Program-made: the position numbers and the translations under genes
The notes under the pieces: model-generated
The model's input: only the letters and a program-made list of their open reading frames with translations
Told to the model about the DNA's origin: nothing
Databases searched by the model: none
Shown: positions 28,662-37,177 of the stretch, piece by piece
Numbering within the stretch: the stretch's first letter is position 1
How the letters are laid out: each line of letters begins with the position of its first letter
NCBI GenBank assembly: GCA_038321755.1
Contig: JBBQFJ010000001.1
Span: 22,584 to 86,583, forward strand
From: Acidimicrobiia bacterium
GTDB lineage: Bacteria > Actinomycetota > Acidimicrobiia > IMCC26256 > PALSA-555
Length of the DNA: 64,000 bases
Direction: 5' to 3'

Positions 28662-28690
28662 CTGGCGCCTGGTGACTGGCGCCTGGTGAT
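28653..28690. repeat. 14-bp tandem repeat, about 2.7 copies (GCCTGGTGACTGGC)
   Basis: Unit 1 contains the DUF427 stop (TGA at 28659-28661). The last partial unit contains the GTG/ATG start (28686/28689) of the next gene. Confidence 0.9.
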
Positions 28691-29588
28691 GGAGCTGGTG
28701 AGCGCCGCCGGGTGGGGACGGCTGGTGAGACGCGGCCTCGCGATCGCCGCGTGCACCACGCTGTTCGCACCCGTGTTCACTCCGGCCGCAGGAGCGATAC
28801 CCCGGGATCCACGGCTGGCAGCCGTCCACTCCTGGGCGTTCGCGATCGGCGACGGGACGCTGCGCGGTGATCTGCGGTCGCGCTATGACGACTTCGACCT
28901 CGTGATCGTGGACGGCGAGGACGTGAGCACCACGCAGGTGCGCGAGCTGCACGCGTCGGGCGCACTCGTGCTCGGCTATCTCGACGTCGGCAGCATCGAA
29001 CGCGGTCGGAGCTGGTTCCAGCAGGCGCGGCCGTACCGTCTCGACTACTGGGGTGACTGGGGTGAGTGGTACGCGAACGTGGCCGCGCCCGAATACCGGT
29101 CGTTGTTGGCCGAACGGGTCGCGCCCACGATGATGGACAAAGGCCTCGACGGGCTGTTCCTCGACAACCTGGACATGATCGAGACCCACCCCGCGCAGGC
29201 CCGCGGCATGCGAACGCTCGTGGGTCGGCTCGCAGACGAGGTCCACGGCAACGGCAAGCTCCTGTTCGCGCAGAACGGCGACCACGTCCTCGGACGGATG
29301 CTCACGTCGCTCGATGGTTGGAACCGCGAGGACGTCGGTTCCACCTACGACTTCCACGACGGCGAGTACCGACGCACCTCGTCGGCCGACACCGCTGCGG
29401 CGCAGCAGGCCCTCCGCCGGATCGGTGCGAGAGGCGTGCTCACGCTGGCGACGGGCTACACCGACGGCTCACCCGGTCAGGACGCCAACGTCGCCGCGCA
29501 GGCGTGCGCCGCGGGTGCGCTTCCGTTCATCAGCGACATCGAGCTGACGCGGATCGCGCCGGCTGCGCGCTGCCCGATCGTGCCGTGA
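28686..29588 (+). CDS. secreted GH114/TM1410-like putative glycoside hydrolase (endo-alpha-1,4-polygalactosaminidase family)
   Basis: Has a signal-like N-terminus. Segments WAFAIGDG, DLVIVDGEDV, VLGYLDVGSIE and GLDGLFLDNLD follow the GH114 TIM-barrel pattern. Confidence 0.55.
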   Translation: MMELVSAAGWGRLVRRGLAIAACTTLFAPVFTPAAGAIPRDPRLAAVHSWAFAIGDGTLRGDLRSRYDDFDLVIVDGEDVSTTQVRELHASGALVLGYLDVGSIERGRSWFQQARPYRLDYWGDWGEWYANVAAPEYRSLLAERVAPTMMDKGLDGLFLDNLDMIETHPAQARGMRTLVGRLADEVHGNGKLLFAQNGDHVLGRMLTSLDGWNREDVGSTYDFHDGEYRRTSSADTAAAQQALRRIGARGVLTLATGYTDGSPGQDANVAAQACAAGALPFISDIELTRIAPAARCPIVP

Positions 29589-29598
29589 CCTCCGCCAG

Positions 29599-30456
29599 CT
29601 ACTTCAAGAGGCGGGACATGCGCCGGTCGGCGAGGATCTTGCCGCCGGTCTGCTCATTCGGGCAGTAGACGACTTCGTGGGACTCGTACGACACGCGCTG
29701 CAGCTCGGTCCCACAGCTCGGGCACGGCGTGCCGGCCCGGCCGTGCACCTCGAAGTTGCCGCCGAGCTTGGGCTCGGCCAACCCGCCGGTGCGGGCTCGT
29801 TCGCGCTCCAGACCGTCGACGAGGACCGCGCGCACCGCGTCGAGCAACCGCTGCCGTCCTTCGTCGGCGAGCTGCGCGAGCGTCGAGTACGGCGAGATCT
29901 GGGCGCGCCAGAGCGCGTCGTCGGAGTAGCCGCGACCGATACCTGCCACCGTGTGCTGATCGCGCAACCACGTGTGGATGCGTCGCTTGTCCTCGCCACG
30001 GAGGACGAAGTCGGCGAAGTCCTGCGAGTCGGGCTCCGGACCAAGGCGGTCCAGTGGCCCGTCGTCGCCCGGCGCGAGGACCCACCACGCGGCCTTTCGC
30101 TCGTGGCCGTACTCGCGCACGAGGAGCGCGGGCCCGATCCCACCGTCGTCTCCCGAGAAGCGCAGGCGCACGACGCCCCCCTTGCCGCCCCTGTTCTTCT
30201 TGGGGACCGGCTCGACGTCGACGCGGCCGGCCTGGGAGAGGTGGATGAGCAGGCGGTGCCCGTCGTCGAACTCGACGACGAGGTACTTCCCCCGGCGACC
30301 GACGTGGGTGAGGACGTGCCCGACGAGCGCCTCGGGGGGAGGCACCACGGTGTTCAGGGACGAGAAGCTGTGCGGCTCGTAGCCCTCGAGGGTGCGTCCG
30401 CCGACCGCGGCGTCGAGGCGCTCGGCCAGCGCCTGCATCTGGGGGAGCTCGGGCAT
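29599..30456 (-). CDS. Fpg/Nei-family DNA glycosylase/AP lyase
   Basis: ATG at 30456 gives the N-terminus MPELPQMQ (catalytic Pro2/Glu3). H2TH region present, and a C-terminal zinc finger CPSCGTELQRVSYESHEVVYCPNEQ. Confidence 0.8.
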   Translation of the reverse strand: MPELPQMQALAERLDAAVGGRTLEGYEPHSFSSLNTVVPPPEALVGHVLTHVGRRGKYLVVEFDDGHRLLIHLSQAGRVDVEPVPKKNRGGKGGVVRLRFSGDDGGIGPALLVREYGHERKAAWWVLAPGDDGPLDRLGPEPDSQDFADFVLRGEDKRRIHTWLRDQHTVAGIGRGYSDDALWRAQISPYSTLAQLADEGRQRLLDAVRAVLVDGLERERARTGGLAEPKLGGNFEVHGRAGTPCPSCGTELQRVSYESHEVVYCPNEQTGGKILADRRMSRLLK

Positions 30457-30460
30457 CGCA

Positions 30461-32128
30461 TCACCTGGTGAGCGCGGGGTCTCCCGCCGCGGGCTCGACG
30501 TCGTCGGTCGGGGCTGCTTCGGACTCTTCCTCGAACGGTGCGACGACGAACATCTCGCCGTCCGGTGAGAACGACTCGATCGCGGCTTCGCTCCGAGCCT
30601 GGTCTCTGATCTTGGCCGCGTTCCCACGCGGCATGAGCAGCGTACAGACCAGTCCGATCACGGCCACGAACACCGCGACCCAGAACGTGCGGTGCAGCGC
30701 TCCTGCGAACGCGTCGGAGACCGCCCCCTTGACCGCGGGCGGGACGGTCGAGTCGGTCGACGGCGTCAGCACCTGTGAGGCGTCGACCTGCACACCGCCG
30801 AGCGCCGAGGACAGCCGACTCGTGAGCGCGGTGAGCATCACCGACGTCGCAATCGCGACGCCGATCGCGCCACCGAGCTGGCGCGTGAAGTTCACCATCC
30901 CCGTGGCCACACCCATCTGGCGCAGACCCACCGAGTTCTGCGCGGCGAGCGACGTCGACATGAAGACGAGCCCCATGCCGAACCCGAGCACGATCAGGTA
31001 GCCGCTCAGCTCGAGCTGACCCGACTGTGCGGTGAGGCGTGTGAGCAGGAACGTGCCGACCACGACGAGCGCCGCGCCGGTCATGACGATCACGCGGAAG
31101 CCGACCTTCAGGACCAGTCGCGCGCCACCGGCGGAGCCGATCATCATCGCCAGCATCATGGGGATCAGGATGCGCCCCGCACCCGTCGCCGACTCGCCCA
31201 GCACGGTGCTCCCGTAGAGCGGCATGAAGGAGAGGACGCCGAACATCGACATGCCGAGGAACGCGGTGATCACCGCCGCGGCGCGCAGGCCAGGCACCTT
31301 GAACAGGTCGAGCGGGATGAGCGGTTCGGTCGCCTTCCGCTCGATCATGAGGAACGCCACGAGCAGCGCCGCGCTGGCCGTGAACGCGCCGACGACCTGG
31401 AACGAGTCCCATGGGTGCTCGCGCCCACCGGTCTCGAGTGCGTAGACGAGGAGCGATGTCCACGCGAGCAATGTGATGACCCCGGGCCAGTCGAGCTTGT
31501 GCTTGTGTCGTTCGAGGAGCGGCTCGACCATCACCAGAGCGACGAGCGTGATGGCCACGATCCCGATCGGGAGGTTCACGTAGAAGACCCAGCGCCAGGA
31601 GAGCTGGTCGGTGAGGAAGCCGCCGAGGAAGGGTCCGAGCACGGACGAGAGGGCGAACACGGCCGAGTACACCGCGGAGATCCGCGCCCGCTGCTCCATC
31701 GTGTAGAGGTCGGCGCTGATCGTCTGCGCGACCGGGAGGATGCAACCGGCCCCGATGCCCTGGATCGCACGGAAGATCACGAGCGCAGTCATCGTCTGGG
31801 ACATCCCGCACAGCGCGGAGCCGACGAGGAAGATCGTCATCCCCGCAAGGAAGATCTTCTTCCGTCCGAACATGTCGGCGAGTCGGCCCCAGAGCGGGAT
31901 CGTCGCGATCTCCGCGAGCAGGAACCCCGAGAACACCCATGCGTACGAGTCGAGGCCGTGCAGGTCGCGCACGATGGTCGGGAGCGCGGTCGACACGATC
32001 GTCCCGTCGATCGCGGCGAGGAACATCCCGGCGATCACCGCAACCGTCGTGAGGATCACGCGCCGCTTGGTCAGGCGGGACGCGTACTCCGTCTGCTCCG
32101 CCGACTCTCCCGTCAGGCTCGGGCTCAT
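30461..32128 (-). CDS. MFS transporter, DHA2 (14-TMS) drug:H+ antiporter type
   Basis: ATG at 32128 (MSPSLTGES...). Motif GRLADMFGRKKIF and about 14 TM helices. The ATG overlaps the TetR stop (ATGA). Confidence 0.85.
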   Translation of the reverse strand: MSPSLTGESAEQTEYASRLTKRRVILTTVAVIAGMFLAAIDGTIVSTALPTIVRDLHGLDSYAWVFSGFLLAEIATIPLWGRLADMFGRKKIFLAGMTIFLVGSALCGMSQTMTALVIFRAIQGIGAGCILPVAQTISADLYTMEQRARISAVYSAVFALSSVLGPFLGGFLTDQLSWRWVFYVNLPIGIVAITLVALVMVEPLLERHKHKLDWPGVITLLAWTSLLVYALETGGREHPWDSFQVVGAFTASAALLVAFLMIERKATEPLIPLDLFKVPGLRAAAVITAFLGMSMFGVLSFMPLYGSTVLGESATGAGRILIPMMLAMMIGSAGGARLVLKVGFRVIVMTGAALVVVGTFLLTRLTAQSGQLELSGYLIVLGFGMGLVFMSTSLAAQNSVGLRQMGVATGMVNFTRQLGGAIGVAIATSVMLTALTSRLSSALGGVQVDASQVLTPSTDSTVPPAVKGAVSDAFAGALHRTFWVAVFVAVIGLVCTLLMPRGNAAKIRDQARSEAAIESFSPDGEMFVVAPFEEESEAAPTDDVEPAAGDPALTR

Positions 32129-32748
32129 CGCTCGCCCGCCTGCAATGCCGGCGCGACGAGACCCGCGAATGCCTCGATGCGGCCGGCGACGGTCGGGTCG
32201 TGGTGGTTGAGGTACTCGACGAAGAGCCCCCACAGGAACGTCGCGATGACATCGGCAGCCGCGGCGACGTCGGCATCGGGTGCGAGGTCGTCGGACTCCG
32301 TGAGCACGACCTGCCAGCGGGCACGCCAGTCGTCCGACAGGGCCGCGCCGACCTCCAGCGCCTCCGCGTCGCCGAGGACGGCTTCGCGCTGCATGAGTCG
32401 GAGGAACTCGGCGTCGTCGACCAGCCCGGCGAACTCACGCGCCGCCTGCTCCACGATCCGGGCTTCGACCGTCTGCGACTGGACCGGCGGATGCTCGATC
32501 GTCCCGTCGTCGGTCCCCCGAGCCGCGTGGTACACGGCCTGGATAAGGTCGGCTTTCGAGGCGAAGTGGTAGTAGACGCCGGGCACGGTGACGCCCGCCG
32601 CGTCGGCCAGCTCGCGCATGCTGACCGCGCTCGTCCCCTTCTCGGAGAAGAGTCGCAGGGCCGTCTCGACGATGCGGTCCCGCGTCGCCGGCGATGGTCC
32701 TGCGCTCCCAGCTCGGCCTCCCGCGAGGGATGGCGTGCCTTCGCTCAC
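32125..32748 (-). CDS. TetR/AcrR family transcriptional regulator
   Basis: HTH region RDRIVETALRLFSEKGTSAVSMRELADAAGVTVPGVYYHF. I prefer the GTG at 32748 over the track's TTG at 32814, because a perfect operator-like palindrome lies at 32767-32786. Confidence 0.8.
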   Translation of the reverse strand: MSEGTPSLAGGRAGSAGPSPATRDRIVETALRLFSEKGTSAVSMRELADAAGVTVPGVYYHFASKADLIQAVYHAARGTDDGTIEHPPVQSQTVEARIVEQAAREFAGLVDDAEFLRLMQREAVLGDAEALEVGAALSDDWRARWQVVLTESDDLAPDADVAAAADVIATFLWGLFVEYLNHHDPTVAGRIEAFAGLVAPALQAGER

Positions 32749-32766
32749 CCGGCGATCTTGCCACTT

Positions 32767-32786
32767 ACTTGAACGTTCGTTCAAGT
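32767..32786. promoter_or_regulatory. perfect palindrome ACTTGAACG-TT-CGTTCAAGT, likely TetR autoregulatory operator
   Basis: 9-bp perfect arms in a locally AT-richer patch, 19 nt upstream of the preferred tetR start. Architecture is typical of TetR-family operators. Confidence 0.55.
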
Positions 32787-32813
32787 CAGGATCACGACCC
32801 AGGTCAAGCCCCA

Positions 32814-32871
32814 AGGTGTTTTGGCGTCGGAAACACCCTCGTCAGAGATGCTCAGCGACGCCAAAACACCT
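32814..32871 (-). terminator. 16-bp perfect inverted repeat (AGGTGTTTTGGCGTCG ... CGACGCCAAAACACCT) with 26-nt spacer
   Basis: Lies 6 nt downstream of the UbiB-kinase stop (minus strand) and upstream of the tetR promoter region. It could be a terminator/insulator hairpin or a protein site. Confidence 0.4.
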
Positions 32872-32876
32872 CTGCT

Positions 32877-34445
32877 CTAGCTCCGATCGCCCATGCGCTT
32901 GATGATGGTGCGGCGGCGCTCCTGGAGGTCGCGGAAGGTCAGGCGGTCCACCTCCGCCGGCACCATCATCCCGGCCTTGACGGCGTCGAGGTCGACGGTC
33001 TCCCGGACGGCGCCCGCACCCAGCTCCCGGGCGATCTGCTCTCCGTGGTGGGTGAGGAAGTACGTGTGGACGTGGACGATCTCGGCGAGCAGATCGAGAT
33101 CGGGGGCGAGGGTCGCCGTCGCTGCGTTCAGGAACATCAAGTTCTTCACGAAGAGCATGAGGTCCTTGGGCGCGCGTGCGCCGTAACCGAGCAGCTTCTT
33201 CATGAGGTCCTCGAGCTCGCCGACCAGCTCGTTCGCCGACATCTGCGTCGGGTCCTGCACGGGCTGGTCGAGACCGAGGTCCGCCATCACCGCGTCGATG
33301 TCGGTGTCGCGCGGGAACGCGCCGAGGTCACGGAGCGACTCGACCTGCCCACGGACGTCGCCGGCCGTCCCGCTCAGGAGGAGCCGGAGGAACGCGAGCC
33401 GCTGGGGCTCGGCGAGGCGCCCCGTGATCCCGAAGTCGAACACCACGGTCTGCCCGCTCGGCGACACCAGGAGGTTCCCGCCGTGGAGGTCACCGTGGAA
33501 GACGCCGTGGAGCAGGGCTCCTTCGAGGCACGCGATGAGGCCGGCGCGCAGCACCGCGTCGGTGTCGATGCCCGCGTCGTGCATGGAGGCGACGTCGTCG
33601 AAGGCGAAGCCGTGGAGGCGCTCCATGACGAGGATCCGCCGCGTCACCAGGGTTGCGTGGGGGCGGGGGACCACCATCGTGCGTTGGTCAGTCGCCGCGA
33701 AGACGTGCGCGAGATCGAGCATGTTCTCGGCTTCGAGGCGGAAGTCGAGCTCCTCGACGATCTGCTCGGCGAACAGCTCGACGAGGGCAGGCGGGTTCGC
33801 GAGCGCAGCGACCGGGATCCGCCCGACCAGCAGCGGCGCGAGCCAGGCCAGGGCGCGGAGGTCCTCGCGCACGAGCGCGCCGACCCGGGGGCGCTGCACC
33901 TTCACCACGACGTCCTCACCGGTGAGCAGCCGGGCGGCGTGGACCTGGGCGATCGACGCCGCCGCGATCGGCGTCTGCGCGAACTCGGCGAAGACCGCGT
34001 CGAGCGGACGCCCGAGCTCCGCCTCGACGACCGCCTTGACCGCGGCGAACGGCTCGGCGGGCACCTGGTCCCGCAGCCGCTTGAACTCGTCGACCAGCTC
34101 GTCGGGGAAGAGCCCGTCGAAGGCCGAGATGATCTGGCCGAGCTTCACGTAGGTGGAGCCGAGCCCCTCGAACGACTGGCGGAGCCGACGGGACATGCCG
34201 GCCCGCGATTGCGGGGTACCCCGGTCGCGGAACCGCCACCCGAGGAGCGCGACTCCGACGCTGGCGACGACCCGAGCAAAGCGCCCGATCGGGGGAAGGC
34301 GACGGCGGGCGAGCAGGCGGGGGACATCCGCTCGGGTACGAGCCCGGATCCGGTCGATGCCCCGCAGCCAGACGAGGTCGTCGCGCCGGACCACCCACGG
34401 ACCCGTGTCGGTGAACGCGTAGTCCTGCACATCGGACGAAGCCAC
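32877..34445 (-). CDS. ABC1/UbiB (AarF) atypical kinase family protein
   Basis: GVASS start, GTG at 34445. Segments LGSTYVKLGQIIS, AAASIAQVHAA, VVVKVQRP and HGDLHGGNLLV are the ABC1 kinase signature. Confidence 0.8.
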   Translation of the reverse strand: MASSDVQDYAFTDTGPWVVRRDDLVWLRGIDRIRARTRADVPRLLARRRLPPIGRFARVVASVGVALLGWRFRDRGTPQSRAGMSRRLRQSFEGLGSTYVKLGQIISAFDGLFPDELVDEFKRLRDQVPAEPFAAVKAVVEAELGRPLDAVFAEFAQTPIAAASIAQVHAARLLTGEDVVVKVQRPRVGALVREDLRALAWLAPLLVGRIPVAALANPPALVELFAEQIVEELDFRLEAENMLDLAHVFAATDQRTMVVPRPHATLVTRRILVMERLHGFAFDDVASMHDAGIDTDAVLRAGLIACLEGALLHGVFHGDLHGGNLLVSPSGQTVVFDFGITGRLAEPQRLAFLRLLLSGTAGDVRGQVESLRDLGAFPRDTDIDAVMADLGLDQPVQDPTQMSANELVGELEDLMKKLLGYGARAPKDLMLFVKNLMFLNAATATLAPDLDLLAEIVHVHTYFLTHHGEQIARELGAGAVRETVDLDAVKAGMMVPAEVDRLTFRDLQERRRTIIKRMGDRS

Positions 34446-34523
34446 GCCTTCACGGTACGCACTGCTCGATCGGCCGAGTGCACCCGGGACGCCTGGCCCG
34501 CAAGCCCGCCGGGCCCGGACGCG

Positions 34524-34558
34524 ACGTACCCCCGCCCGGGGGGAGGGCGGGGGTACGT
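34524..34558 (-). terminator. strong GC-rich hairpin (14-bp perfect stem ACGTACCCCCGCCC / GGGCGGGGGTACGT, 7-nt loop)
   Basis: Located about 65 nt downstream of the transglycosylase-like gene stop on the minus strand. There is no U-tract, as is common in high-GC actinobacteria. Confidence 0.55.
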
Positions 34559-34624
34559 ACAGGGACCGTGGGATGTCGGTCGCCCTCGACAACGCCGAGG
34601 AGCGACCGACCATTCCCACGTCGA

Positions 34625-35158
34625 TCAGCAGCCACCCCACGGGCGACAGCCCGCAGCGGCGTAGGCCTCGGCGGCCCAGGCGTCCTGGACCGACTCGGGA
34701 GCCTGGTCGGCGGTCGAGTACCCGCCGTAGCCGGCCCACGTGGAGGACAGGACCTGGTACTTCCCGGCTGCGCCCGAACGACCGTTCACGGCGAGCGGGT
34801 CGCACTTGGACTCGCGGTAGATGATGTTGCCCGGGATCGACCCGGCGCAGGTACCGCCACCACCGCCGCCGGAACGACCGGACGACCGCGGGTTCGCAGC
34901 GGCCTGGGCAGCCTCGACGGCGTTCTGGTAGTCGACGGCCTGGCTCCAGGCCACCGCATCCAGGTAGTGGTCGAGTGCCACGGCCTGCGCGTACGTCGCC
35001 AGCGAGGTGTCGGCGACCGCCTTGCTCAAGTTGGCGGCGTTACGCCGCTCCGCATGCGGCGGATGGGTGGATCCGGAGTCAGCTACCGCCTGGGTCAGCG
35101 GCAGGGCCAGTGCGGCGATGCCGATTGCGGCAACACCGATGGGCAGGAATCGTCGCAT
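34625..35158 (-). CDS. secreted lytic-transglycosylase-like protein (IsaA/SceD-type domain)
   Basis: ATG at 35158 (MRRFLPIGVAAIGIAALALPLTQAVA signal peptide). The C-terminus IIYRESKCDPLAVNGRSGAAGKYQVLSSTWAGYGG...APESVQDAWAAEAY matches the RES...SGAAGKYQ...STW...APE.VQD pattern of IsaA/SceD-like transglycosylases. Confidence 0.7.
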   Translation of the reverse strand: MRRFLPIGVAAIGIAALALPLTQAVADSGSTHPPHAERRNAANLSKAVADTSLATYAQAVALDHYLDAVAWSQAVDYQNAVEAAQAAANPRSSGRSGGGGGGTCAGSIPGNIIYRESKCDPLAVNGRSGAAGKYQVLSSTWAGYGGYSTADQAPESVQDAWAAEAYAAAGCRPWGGC

Positions 35159-35608
35159 CTTGTTGTGCCTTTCCGTTGGCCGGTTCCTCCGGGTGCCCGG
35201 GCGCGCGCGCGACGGACAGAGCTGGAGGAAAGGGAGGAAGCTCGCAAACCGCATCACCCGTTCTGGCTGGGCATTCGGGGGTGACGACGAATGACAACGG
35301 TGGAACTTCCAAGGACCACCCTAGGCAGGGCCCGTGAGGCGATCGGCATCGCGACGGCCCGATCCGGCCTCCGGTGAACCATGTCACAACGCGTCCCGAC
35401 GCCTACCCAAAGGGCGCAATCGTTCTCCCACAAGGGATCCCGGAGGGGATCCTGTCAAGTCACCCCGGAGGTGGAGAGGCCGGCCCGGGCTCGATCTCCC
35501 CGGTCCGGAGCAGCTCGGGTACCCGACAAATTGGACATCTCGGGCGGCGACGACGACGCGGTGCACCCCCTGCGGTCAGAGACGGAAGTGCCCTGACGCT
35601 CCGGTTCG
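35159..35608 (-). promoter_or_regulatory. 450-nt non-coding leader/intergenic region upstream of the transglycosylase-like gene (candidate cis-regulatory RNA)
   Basis: Largest non-coding stretch in the window, with only implausible Arg/Pro-rich ORFs. It contains several hairpins (for example GGGATCC-CGGA-GGGGATCC) and G-rich motifs partly reminiscent of ydaO-type elements. Confidence 0.3.
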
Positions 35609-37177
35609 TCAGGCCAGGTCCGAGAGCACGGCCATCGCCGCGTTCCTGCCGTTCACGCCCATGACCGAACCGCCCGGATGCGTGGCAGCGCCGCAGAGGT
35701 AGACGGAGGCCAGCGCCGTGCGGGCGCCGAAGCGGTGCTCCCACATCTGGTCCGGGAGGATCTCCCCCTGGAAGATGTGCCCGCCGGTCAGCCCGATCTG
35801 CTCCTCCACGTCGGGTGGGCCGAGCACCTGTCGCTCGACCACGCAGTCGGCGACGTCGGGAGCGAAGCGGGCGATCGCCGCGAGCACGGCGTCGGCGATC
35901 TCGTCGCGCCGCTCGTCCCAGGTACCGGCCGCCAACGTGTACGGCACGAACTGGGCGAACACGCTCATCGTGTGGCGTCCGGGCGGCGCGACCGACGCGT
36001 CGTAGGGCGTCTGGAAGTAGAGCTCGCACCACTCCGGCGCGGGCTCGCCCAGCCGTGCCGCCTCGTACGCGGCCTGGGTCGCGTCGATCCCTCGGCCGAT
36101 CTCCACCTGGGCCCGGAACGCGTTCGGGTCCCCGTGCGCGGCCGGGAAGGTGGGCAACCGCGAGAGCGCACAGTTGAGCTTGATCACCGGGCTGCTGATC
36201 CGCCACCCGTCGACCTTCGACCGCAGGGCCGGGTCGGCCTGCTCCCCGAGGAGCGCGAGCGTCCGGACCGGATCCGCGTTGCTGACGACCGCGGCCGCAC
36301 GGATCGTCTCGCCGCCTTCCAGGACGACACCCTCGCCCGGCAGGATCGCGGCGACGGGCAGTCCGGCCGCGATCACCGCGCCGGCGTCCTGCGCGGCGTC
36401 CGCGAGGCAGAACGAGACGCGCCCCATCCCGCCCTCGACGAAGCTCCAGCCACCGAGGAGCCCGAGGCTGTGATGCGCGTGCACCCACGCCGTGCCGGGA
36501 TCCCTCGGACCGGCGAAGGTCCCGATCACCCCTTGGCCGTGCAGCGCCGTGCGCAACCGCTCGTCGCGCACGTACCGCTCGACCACCTCCGCGATGGAGG
36601 CGTGCAACAACACGTCGAGCGCCTCGGCGTCGTCGGCGAACAGCTCCTCGAGCGCGGCCTGATCGGGTGCGTCGCCGAGCCACACGTCGCCGCGCGGCCC
36701 GCGCCGCAAGCGGTCGCGGATCCGGTCGAACAGCGCCTCGTAGGCCAGGAAACCGTCGACGTCGTCGGGCGCGATCGCCGCGACCGAAGCCGCCGTCTTC
36801 GCCTCGTCGTGCCACTGGAACAGGGAGGTCCCGTCCTCGAAGGGCGTCCATTGGTTGGGGTCGACGACGAACGTGCGATAGCCGTACCGCTCGAGCTCGA
36901 GCTCCTCGATCACCCGCGGGTGCAGCAGGCCGACGAGGTACGCGCACGGACTCATCACGAAACGGGGGTCGTCGAACGGCTGCTCGAGCGTGCACGCGCC
37001 ACCGAGCTGCTCGCGACGCTCGAGGACGAGGACCGACTTCCCCGCGATGGCGAGATACGCGGCCGCGGTGAGGCCGTTGTGGCCGCCACCCACGACGATC
37101 ACGTCCCACTCGCGGGCCGCGAGCTCCGCGACCGGGGCGGGGAGACCGACTCGACCCATCTCGTCGTAGGTGCTCAC
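35609..37177 (-). CDS. CrtI/phytoene-desaturase-family NAD(P)/FAD-dependent oxidoreductase (paralog A)
   Basis: Dinucleotide fold WDVIVVGGGHNGLTAAAYLA. About 520 aa, COG1233-like layout. GTG at 37177 overlaps the Rieske gene stop (GTGA); the alternative ATG is at 37159. Confidence 0.75.
   Translation of the reverse strand: MSTYDEMGRVGLPAPVAELAAREWDVIVVGGGHNGLTAAAYLAIAGKSVLVLERREQLGGACTLEQPFDDPRFVMSPCAYLVGLLHPRVIEELELERYGYRTFVVDPNQWTPFEDGTSLFQWHDEAKTAASVAAIAPDDVDGFLAYEALFDRIRDRLRRGPRGDVWLGDAPDQAALEELFADDAEALDVLLHASIAEVVERYVRDERLRTALHGQGVIGTFAGPRDPGTAWVHAHHSLGLLGGWSFVEGGMGRVSFCLADAAQDAGAVIAAGLPVAAILPGEGVVLEGGETIRAAAVVSNADPVRTLALLGEQADPALRSKVDGWRISSPVIKLNCALSRLPTFPAAHGDPNAFRAQVEIGRGIDATQAAYEAARLGEPAPEWCELYFQTPYDASVAPPGRHTMSVFAQFVPYTLAAGTWDERRDEIADAVLAAIARFAPDVADCVVERQVLGPPDVEEQIGLTGGHIFQGEILPDQMWEHRFGARTALASVYLCGAATHPGGSVMGVNGRNAAMAVLSDLA

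Noticed and set aside
34625-35158. Calling the secreted cell-wall protein an Rpf (resuscitation-promoting factor).
   Set aside because: The catalytic region matches the IsaA/SceD-type pattern (RES...SGAAGKYQ...STW...APE.VQD), not the Rpf signature (ECESGGNW...GLYQF-type core with conserved Cys pair spacing). I therefore call it only a lytic-transglycosylase-like protein.
35334-35702. ORFs inside the 450-nt leader (35334..35702 +, 35374..35664 +, 35381..35596 +, 35384..35566 -) as possible small proteins.
   Set aside because: They are Arg/Pro/Ser-rich, mutually overlapping in several frames, lack an RBS, and run into the neighbouring CrtI-like gene on the opposite strand. This is more consistent with non-coding RNA or promoter DNA.
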